Below, one piece after another: positions 25,811 to 32,000 of a stretch of 32,000 bases of DNA (position 1 is the first letter of the stretch; each line of letters begins with the position of its first letter). Both the position numbers and the translations under genes were made by a program. This DNA comes from Vibrio cholerae ATCC 14035. Lineage in GTDB: Bacteria > Pseudomonadota > Gammaproteobacteria > Enterobacterales > Vibrionaceae. The notes below the pieces were generated by a model. The model ran no database searches. It saw nothing but the letters and a program-made list of their open reading frames with translations, and was not told the DNA's origin. The stretch is from contig NZ_KK211324.1 of assembly GCF_000621645.1 (NCBI RefSeq), forward strand, positions 58,921-90,920. The letters are read 5' to 3'.

Positions 25811-26563
25811 TTATTTTTTGACACTGTTTAAATAGTAGTCAATGCATGATTGTGGTGTTCCATTGAAAACAAATTCACCTTTCTCCATTACAATAGCCTG
25901 ATCACAATATTGTTTAATAGCATTTAAATCATGAGAAGACAAAACAACCATTCTTGACTTCTTGATCAGACTTTCCAAACGTGATAATGCTTTCTCACGG
26001 AAAGTTTCATCACCAGCCCCAATAACTTCATCTAAAATCAATATATCCGGAGTGAAATGTGTAGAAATTGCAAAAGCCAAACGTAAGAACATACCGGTAG
26101 AATAAGTTCTGACTGGTAGATTGATAAATTCGCCGAGTTCTGAAAAAGCAACGATTTCTTCAACTGCTTGTTGCGCTTCCTTAAATGTACATCCCATAAA
26201 TACTAATCTAAATTCGATATTCTTTAGACCTGTTGCATTGGGATCCATTCCAAGAGTGAAGTCAGTCAATGCTGAAATCTTTCCTTCGATAGTAACCTTT
26301 CCTGACGTTGGTGGATAAACCTGAGAAAGTAACCTAAGTAGAGTCGTTTTGCCAGCACCATTATGCCCAATAATACCCAACCTACTGCTATCTTCTAGCT
26401 TTAGATTAATATCTCTTAGTGCATGAACATACTTCATTTCTTTATCTTTTGCAGAACTAGAACCCAGTACACCACCAATTTTGCTGGATATTGTTGTTTG
26501 CAAAGAATGTGAGAAATGCCCTGGCACAGGGTAGTGCAAATTAACATTAGATAGCTCTATCAT
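25811..26563 (-). CDS. rfbI: O-antigen ABC exporter ATP-binding protein (Wzt), short form
   Basis: 250 aa from ATG 26563 (MIELSNVNLHYP), 1 nt after the wzm stop. Walker A is GHNGAGKTTLL, the signature is YSTGMFLRLAFA and Walker B is ILILDE. The track start at 26626 overlaps wzm and is unlikely to be real. Confidence 0.9.
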   Translation of the reverse strand: MIELSNVNLHYPVPGHFSHSLQTTISSKIGGVLGSSSAKDKEMKYVHALRDINLKLEDSSRLGIIGHNGAGKTTLLRLLSQVYPPTSGKVTIEGKISALTDFTLGMDPNATGLKNIEFRLVFMGCTFKEAQQAVEEIVAFSELGEFINLPVRTYSTGMFLRLAFAISTHFTPDILILDEVIGAGDETFREKALSRLESLIKKSRMVVLSSHDLNAIKQYCDQAIVMEKGEFVFNGTPQSCIDYYLNSVKK

Positions 26564-26564
26564 A

Positions 26565-27338
26565 CTACACCCAAAAAATGACTTTTTTATCGAGTACTTT
26601 GTACGAGAAGTAGCTGACCATACCAATTATAAAAGTCCATGCTACTAACGAAACAAATGCTAAAGGATTAACGTCGATTCCTATTATCGGATTTCTAATT
26701 AATTCCAATAGCGAAGCAAATGGATTTATGTACACATAGTTTTGATATTGTTCGGGTAGAAAGCTTACTTTCCACATGACAGGACTTACAAAGAAAGCTA
26801 ACTGCATCAAAAGCCCAATCAGCTGGATTAAGTCTCTAAATCTCGTTGAAATAACAGCACAAAAATAGCTAGCAAATAGGACGAAAAACAGACTTAAACT
26901 CAACGAAATGACAAACATAAAACTAAATTCAAAGTTTGCCGAGCTAGACCATATGACAAGCAAAAATATGGTTGGTATATTATGAAGAAGAATCAGCACG
27001 TTCCGATATATGTGAGCACCGACTGAAAGCATAAAAGGTTGCCTATCATTTAGGTATACTCGAGCATCTGCAACGAAGATTCCTGTGCTTTCGTTAATTG
27101 TTTGAGTATAAAACAAGTAAATTATGTGTCCAACACCGACATATGGTAAATAATCATCTACTCCCATTCTCCATATTAAAGACCAAATTAGCCCTATACA
27201 GAGAATTTGTACGAACATTGTGATGCTTAACCAAGTTTGTCCAAATTTAGACCGAGAGTATCTACTTCTAAGTGTAGAAACCCCCAATAGATGCACAATA
27301 CGCCAATTATAAAAAACCGAAACTATATCTTTAAGCAT
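26565..27338 (-). CDS. rfbH: O-antigen ABC exporter permease (Wzm, ABC-2 type)
   Basis: Polytopic membrane protein (...STLRSRYSRSKFGQTWLSITMFVQILCIGLIW...). Three candidate ATGs exist (27359, 27344, 27338). ATG 27338 has GGGAA about 6 nt upstream and overlaps the rfbG stop (ATGCTTAA). Confidence 0.85.
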   Translation of the reverse strand: MLKDIVSVFYNWRIVHLLGVSTLRSRYSRSKFGQTWLSITMFVQILCIGLIWSLIWRMGVDDYLPYVGVGHIIYLFYTQTINESTGIFVADARVYLNDRQPFMLSVGAHIYRNVLILLHNIPTIFLLVIWSSSANFEFSFMFVISLSLSLFFVLFASYFCAVISTRFRDLIQLIGLLMQLAFFVSPVMWKVSFLPEQYQNYVYINPFASLLELIRNPIIGIDVNPLAFVSLVAWTFIIGMVSYFSYKVLDKKVIFWV

Positions 27339-28713
27339 TTTCATTCCCAAAAAATACATTTTCGTAGTTACTTGCTGATTCTTTCCAACTAATTTTCAAT
27401 CTATTAATTGCATCTATATTTTGTCTCATATATTCCTCAGAGTTTATCAATTTCTCAATTTTATCAACTGTTTCTTTCGTATTTACGAAATTTGAGGATA
27501 ACAAATCAACATCAAAGCCTTCTTCCGCCATTTCATTGACATGGCGACCAGTATTTATCAAAGATGGCTTTCCTACAGAAGAGGCCTCATATTGCGGATA
27601 TGCGCCTAAACCACCTTCGACATTACTTGGATGCAATACAATGTCTGACATTAAATAGAGAGAGGCATGTAAATAATTATCCACACGTGTAACTTCATGG
27701 ATTCTCTCATAAAGTGATGGATACCGCTCTTTTAGTTTCGTTGGAACGTTGCAAGTAAAAATAAAATCGTAGTTATCTCTTCGTAAACAAAGCTCATTGA
27801 TTAGCACGAATAGCTGGTCAAAACCTTTATATGGTCGGTTTTGGGTTGATATGAGAACAATTTTTCTATTGGAAACCTTATTTTTCGTAAGGAGTCTCCA
27901 TAATACAGAAAAATTCAGCTGATGATTAACTAAAGCTTCAAATGCCGCCTTCTTAGAGGCTCCTGAAAACTCGCTTTTACTCCAAACCTCTGAAAAGGAA
28001 AGATTACTTTGTTGCTTTTTAAACTCAGAATAATCTGGAGAACCATTATAGATTACATTTATCTTCGAAGATTCAATTCCCATTACTGTTTCTAAATAGT
28101 CTTTATTTGCTCTTGATTGAGTAATAATGGCACTCGCGTTAGAAAAATGCTTACTCAGTTTCTTTACAAAATATTCAGCAGTCAAAGGAAATTCTTTGTT
28201 ATACTCGAAAACAAACGGGTCCCAGAATGAAACGAACTTTTCACCACCCAAAAGATGAGTATACGGGATGATTGGAGTAGGTAGCCAAACCCTACAGTTA
28301 TTGCTTGAGAATCGCCCCCTTCTTTGTAGATGAGAGTAGATATATAAAGATAATAAATATTCAAGTTGGGATACATACATCCCAACCTTTCGGAAAATCG
28401 CTGGGATAATTGGCAGTTTTGCAATTACCAAATCCCATAAACTATCTTTTTCAACTTCATTTAGTGATACATATCCTATCGTTTTTTTAGTAGACTTACC
28501 CCGAAAACCTAATGTGAGAACAGATATATTAGGGTTACTTTTTTCCAGCCCCACTAACATTTCGGCATGTTTACTCGAGACTACAATTTCAATTTTACGT
28601 TCTGGCGAGATGTTTCTAACAATATTTTCAATTGTTTGAGCAATTCCCTCTCCACGCCAAGATGAATTAGGAGGTAAGGGAACCCAAACTACTAGCTTCT
28701 TTTTTTCTGTCAT
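27331..28713 (-). CDS. rfbG: RfbG: unassigned protein with a GT4-like C-terminal glycosyltransferase region
   Basis: 460 aa from ATG 28713 (MTEKKKLVVWVPLPP). The track start at 28722 is a TTG. The C-terminal LHPSNVEGGLGAYPQYEASSVGKPSL resembles the E..E / G-x-P motif of retaining GT-B enzymes. The N-terminal half is not recognisable to me. Confidence 0.6.
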   Translation of the reverse strand: MTEKKKLVVWVPLPPNSSWRGEGIAQTIENIVRNISPERKIEIVVSSKHAEMLVGLEKSNPNISVLTLGFRGKSTKKTIGYVSLNEVEKDSLWDLVIAKLPIIPAIFRKVGMYVSQLEYLLSLYIYSHLQRRGRFSSNNCRVWLPTPIIPYTHLLGGEKFVSFWDPFVFEYNKEFPLTAEYFVKKLSKHFSNASAIITQSRANKDYLETVMGIESSKINVIYNGSPDYSEFKKQQSNLSFSEVWSKSEFSGASKKAAFEALVNHQLNFSVLWRLLTKNKVSNRKIVLISTQNRPYKGFDQLFVLINELCLRRDNYDFIFTCNVPTKLKERYPSLYERIHEVTRVDNYLHASLYLMSDIVLHPSNVEGGLGAYPQYEASSVGKPSLINTGRHVNEMAEEGFDVDLLSSNFVNTKETVDKIEKLINSEEYMRQNIDAINRLKISWKESASNYENVFFGNENA

Positions 28714-28718
28714 GATAT

Positions 28719-29822
28719 TCAAATACAGTTGAAATAATTTTTAATACAGTTGCAAATTTCTTTTACTTGATCATCGCATAACCCTGGCCAACTGGGTAAA
28801 TTAATACCTCGATGAGAGTAGCTATTTGATAACGGAAAAGCTGTCTTTTCTGCCAAATGCTCGTACATTGGCAGCGTGTGAGCAGGATAGAAAAATGGTC
28901 TAGACTCGATGTCATTATTTTCTAAGAAGGTCATCAACCCATCGCGGTGCACTTCAAACTCTTGGTCTAATATAATAGACGTCAACCAATATGAGTGGAA
29001 AGTTCCATTAGACTCTTTGTGCACTTGCATTGGTAGTCCAGCGAGTTCAGACCTATAAATTTCAGCTATATCACGCTTGCGCTTTATAATTTTATCAACT
29101 CTTTCAAGCTGAGCAACACCAATCGCAGCACATAGATTCGTCATTCTATAGTTATACGCAACTAGGTCATGCCAGTAGCGCTTCCCTGCCACTACCCCTT
29201 GGTTTTTTAAGCGTAAACATTTATCTATAATTATGTCTGAGTTTGACACAACCATACCACCCTCGCCCGATGTGATGGTTTTATTTCCAAAGAAACTAAA
29301 CGTTGACACATCGCCAAATGTACCTACTTTTTTGCCATTAACAGCAGTACCTATTGCTTCTGCACAGTCTTCAATTAAATAGAGGCCGTGCTCATCACAC
29401 AGATCTCTTAAAGATTGAATATCGCAAGCTTGTCCATATATGTGAACGGCCATAACTGCTTTTGTCTTTTTATTTATTTTACGTTTAACGTCCTCTACGC
29501 TCACTTGTAGAGACTCACCTTCGATTTCAGCAAAAACGGGTAACGCACCACACTGGACTATGGTATTAACCGAGGCAACATAAGTGAATGTTGGTACAAT
29601 CACTTCATCGCCTTGAGTTATTCCCAACGCGCTCATTGCCAAATGTAGCGCAACTGTTCCATTAGATACTGTTGTGGCGTGCTTTACTTTTAAAAACTCC
29701 GCAAACTCAGTTTCGAAGCGATCAATATATTTCCCCCTTGAGGATACCCAACCGGAATCAATGCAATCGTTTAGATATTTACGCTCATTTCCATCCAAAC
29801 TTGGTTCGTATACAGGAATCAT
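28719..29822 (-). CDS. rfbE: GDP-perosamine synthase (GDP-4-keto-6-deoxy-D-mannose 4-aminotransferase, DegT/DnrJ/EryC1 family)
   Basis: 367 aa: MIPVYEPSLDGNERKYLNDCIDSGWVSSRGKYIDRFE.... The PLP-lysine region is SFFGNKTITSGEGG. It sits directly downstream of gmd. Confidence 0.92.
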   Translation of the reverse strand: MIPVYEPSLDGNERKYLNDCIDSGWVSSRGKYIDRFETEFAEFLKVKHATTVSNGTVALHLAMSALGITQGDEVIVPTFTYVASVNTIVQCGALPVFAEIEGESLQVSVEDVKRKINKKTKAVMAVHIYGQACDIQSLRDLCDEHGLYLIEDCAEAIGTAVNGKKVGTFGDVSTFSFFGNKTITSGEGGMVVSNSDIIIDKCLRLKNQGVVAGKRYWHDLVAYNYRMTNLCAAIGVAQLERVDKIIKRKRDIAEIYRSELAGLPMQVHKESNGTFHSYWLTSIILDQEFEVHRDGLMTFLENNDIESRPFFYPAHTLPMYEHLAEKTAFPLSNSYSHRGINLPSWPGLCDDQVKEICNCIKNYFNCI

Positions 29823-29832
29823 TTAAAGGACC

Positions 29833-30954
29833 TCACTCTACAGATACATTTACGTTATAGCCATGTTTTTTCAATAGTGCATGACTTTGAGCTTGTTCTA
29901 AATCAGAAGCTACCATTTCAGAAACCATCTGTTGTAAAGTAATTTCTGGCACCCATCCAAGCTCCTTCTTAGCTAGGCTAGGATCACCTAACAGCGTTTC
30001 TACCTCTGCGGGTCTAAAATATGCAGGATCCACAGCTACAATAATGTCACCAACCTTGATTGCAGGAGCTTTCGTTCCAATAACTGACTTCACTACAGCT
30101 TTTTCATCTACACCCTTACCGACAAATTCTAACTCAATGCCTAGTTCTCGTGCTGACATATCAATAAACTCTCTTACGCTATACTGTACACCTGTAGCAA
30201 TAACAAAATCTCTAGGTTCATCTTGCTGTAACATCATCCATTGCATCTTAACGTAATCTTTAGCATGCCCCCAATCTCGAAGAGCGTCCAAATTTCCCAT
30301 AAAAAGGCATTTTTCTAACCCTTGCGCAATGTTTGCCATCCCCCGAGTTATTTTGCGAGTTACAAAAGTTTCTCCTCGTCTAGGGGATTCGTGGTTAAAA
30401 AGTATGCCATTACACGCGTATATTCCGTACGATTCTCTATAATTAATTGTTATCCAATACGCATACATCTTTGCCACAGCATAAGGGCTTCTAGGATAAA
30501 AAGGGGTAGTTTCTTTCTGAGGTATTTCTTGTACTAAGCCATAAAGCTCTGAAGTTGAGGCTTGATAAAACTTAGTTTTTTTCGTCAAACCTAAAAATCT
30601 GATTGCTTCTAGTAGCCTTAAAGTTCCAATAGCATCTACGTCCGCTGTATATTCCGGTGACTGGAAACTAACCGCCACATGGGACTGCGCGCCCAAGTTA
30701 TAGACTTCATCTGGCTGTACTTCCGCTAATATACGAGTCAAGTTAGAGGAATCCGTAAGGTCTCCGTAATGTAGTTTGAAATTTACATCTTCCTCATGTG
30801 GGTCTTTGTAAAGATGATCAACACGTTGTGTATTGAATAAAGATGAACGTCTTTTAATTCCATGTACTTCATACCCTTTTTCTAGCAAAAACTCCGCTAG
30901 ATAAGAACCATCTTGTCCAGTAATGCCTGTGATTAACGCAACTTTTTTATTCAT
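29833..30954 (-). CDS. rfbD: GDP-mannose 4,6-dehydratase
   Basis: 373 aa: [49 protein letters not shown]..., [17 protein letters not shown] and [18 protein letters not shown]. These are canonical Gmd motifs. Confidence 0.95.
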   Translation of the reverse strand: MNKKVALITGITGQDGSYLAEFLLEKGYEVHGIKRRSSLFNTQRVDHLYKDPHEEDVNFKLHYGDLTDSSNLTRILAEVQPDEVYNLGAQSHVAVSFQSPEYTADVDAIGTLRLLEAIRFLGLTKKTKFYQASTSELYGLVQEIPQKETTPFYPRSPYAVAKMYAYWITINYRESYGIYACNGILFNHESPRRGETFVTRKITRGMANIAQGLEKCLFMGNLDALRDWGHAKDYVKMQWMMLQQDEPRDFVIATGVQYSVREFIDMSARELGIELEFVGKGVDEKAVVKSVIGTKAPAIKVGDIIVAVDPAYFRPAEVETLLGDPSLAKKELGWVPEITLQQMVSEMVASDLEQAQSHALLKKHGYNVNVSVE

Positions 30955-30956
30955 TG

Positions 30957-32000
30957 TTAAATATCCAATTTCTTAATTAATTTAGTAAGCTCTTCAACTT
31001 TATCATTCATCAACGCGATATTTTGTTTAGATTCCACATTCAATCTTAATAAGGGCTCAGTATTTGAATCTCTAAGATTAAAACGCCATCCTTCAAATTC
31101 AAGAGAGATACCATCAATGGCAGAGAAATGTATAGAATTCTCGTAATAATGTAAATAAACTTGCTCCATTATTAGCTTTGCCTGCTTGACCTTAAAATTA
31201 ATTTCACCGCTACATGGAAACAAAAATCTTTTTGCAGATATCAGCTTAGATAAGCTAATATCCGGGGCTAAGGAAAGTAACTCTGTAATCAGAAGCCACG
31301 GAATCATCCCCGAATCACAGTAACCGAAATCACGGAAGTAGTGATGGGCACTCATTTCACCACCGTAGATAGCATCTTCTTTGCGCATACGCTCTTTTAT
31401 AAATGCATGCCCTGTTTTAGACATTACAGGCACGCCACCCGACTTAGTCACCACATCAATGGTGTTCCAGCTTAAGCGTGGATCATGAATAATTTTGGCA
31501 CCTTGCTCTTTCTGTAAAAACGCTTCTGCCAATAAACCTACGATGTAGTAACCTTCAATAAAATCGCCATTTTCATCAAACAAAAAGCAGCGATCAAAGT
31601 CACCATCAAAGGCAATGCCCATATCAGCCTTGTGCTCCTTTACTGCGTTTGCGGTATCAGCACGGCATTCAGGTAACAATGGGTTAGGAATACCATTCGG
31701 GAAGTTACCATCTTCTTCATGATGCACTTTGATAATTTCTAGCGGGATACTCAATTCAATAAATCGTTTTTCCAACTCATCAATCACGTGGCCTGCAGCT
31801 CCGTTACCTGAATTGATGACCAACTTCATTGGTTTAATTTTCGCGGGTGTAATATAAGATATTAAGTGATCTACATATTCTGGAAGTAAAGAAACCTTTT
31901 TGTAGTTACCTTTAACTTCAACGTCCATAAATTCATTCTTTTCAGCCAAAGCTTGAATTTCTCGTAAACCAGTATCACCACTAATGGGTTTTGAACCTTC
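30957..32000 (-). CDS. rfbB: Phosphomannomutase, C-terminal about 348 codons (5' end beyond the window)
   Basis: The frame is open to the window edge ([24 protein letters not shown]...). It is collinear with E. coli ManB/CpsG: [51 protein letters not shown] and [19 protein letters not shown]. Confidence 0.93.
   Translation of the reverse strand, partial: EGSKPISGDTGLREIQALAEKNEFMDVEVKGNYKKVSLLPEYVDHLISYITPAKIKPMKLVINSGNGAAGHVIDELEKRFIELSIPLEIIKVHHEEDGNFPNGIPNPLLPECRADTANAVKEHKADMGIAFDGDFDRCFLFDENGDFIEGYYIVGLLAEAFLQKEQGAKIIHDPRLSWNTIDVVTKSGGVPVMSKTGHAFIKERMRKEDAIYGGEMSAHHYFRDFGYCDSGMIPWLLITELLSLAPDISLSKLISAKRFLFPCSGEINFKVKQAKLIMEQVYLHYYENSIHFSAIDGISLEFEGWRFNLRDSNTEPLLRLNVESKQNIALMNDKVEELTKLIKKLDI

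Noticed and set aside
1-32000. A window-wide search for an undescribed system: defence islands, toxin-antitoxin pairs, integrases or prophage, secretion systems, tRNA/rRNA genes, and biosynthetic clusters other than LPS.
   Set aside because: Every sizeable ORF is accounted for by a recognisable housekeeping or O-antigen family, and no RNA genes or integrases were seen. The locus matches the long-studied V. cholerae O1 rfb/wbe region. Novelty is therefore confined to unresolved enzymology and junction structures.

Overview
This window reads as Vibrio cholerae chromosome I. Positions 1-12.5 kb are a housekeeping neighbourhood: purH (3' part), purD, a YjaH-like lipoprotein, hupA, a CNNM/CBS transporter, mak-manA, yjaG, a 2-hydroxyacid dehydrogenase, a UDG-family protein, an MscS-like channel and the 'right junction gene' rjg. 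Positions 12.6-32 kb are the right-hand part of a serogroup O1-type O-antigen (rfb/wbe) locus. It consists of a small phosphoglycosyl transferase, an SDR epimerase/reductase and WbpM-like rfbV. Next come GT4 rfbU, the methyltransferase rfbT and a decayed IS1358. After those lie the tetronate genes rfbO-N-M-L-K, the ABC exporter wzt/wzm (rfbI/rfbH), rfbG, and the perosamine genes rfbE (per), rfbD (gmd) and rfbB (manB, cut by the window edge). All identifications rest on reading the translated ORFs against remembered family motifs and E. coli/Pseudomonas homologues; no database search was run. I see no convincing evidence for a wholly undescribed system (no defence, toxin-antitoxin, integrase, prophage or CRISPR signatures). 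The parts least explained by the sequence are listed here. (1) The reaction logic of the ACP / ligase / Fe-ADH / LuxE-LuxC fusion / acyltransferase tetronate module. (2) The unassigned RfbG protein. (3) A short Wzt with no cap-binding domain, despite a methyl-capped polymer. (4) A WbpM-SDR-PGT trio that looks like a QuiNAc-type primer module. (5) An AT-rich mak-manA insertion bounded by a 10-bp direct repeat and hairpins. (6) Strong hairpins and GC-rich repeats at the locus junction. Several ORF-track starts use GTG/TTG or carry N-terminal extensions; I re-set them where a canonical N-terminus plus a Shine-Dalgarno sequence is visible.
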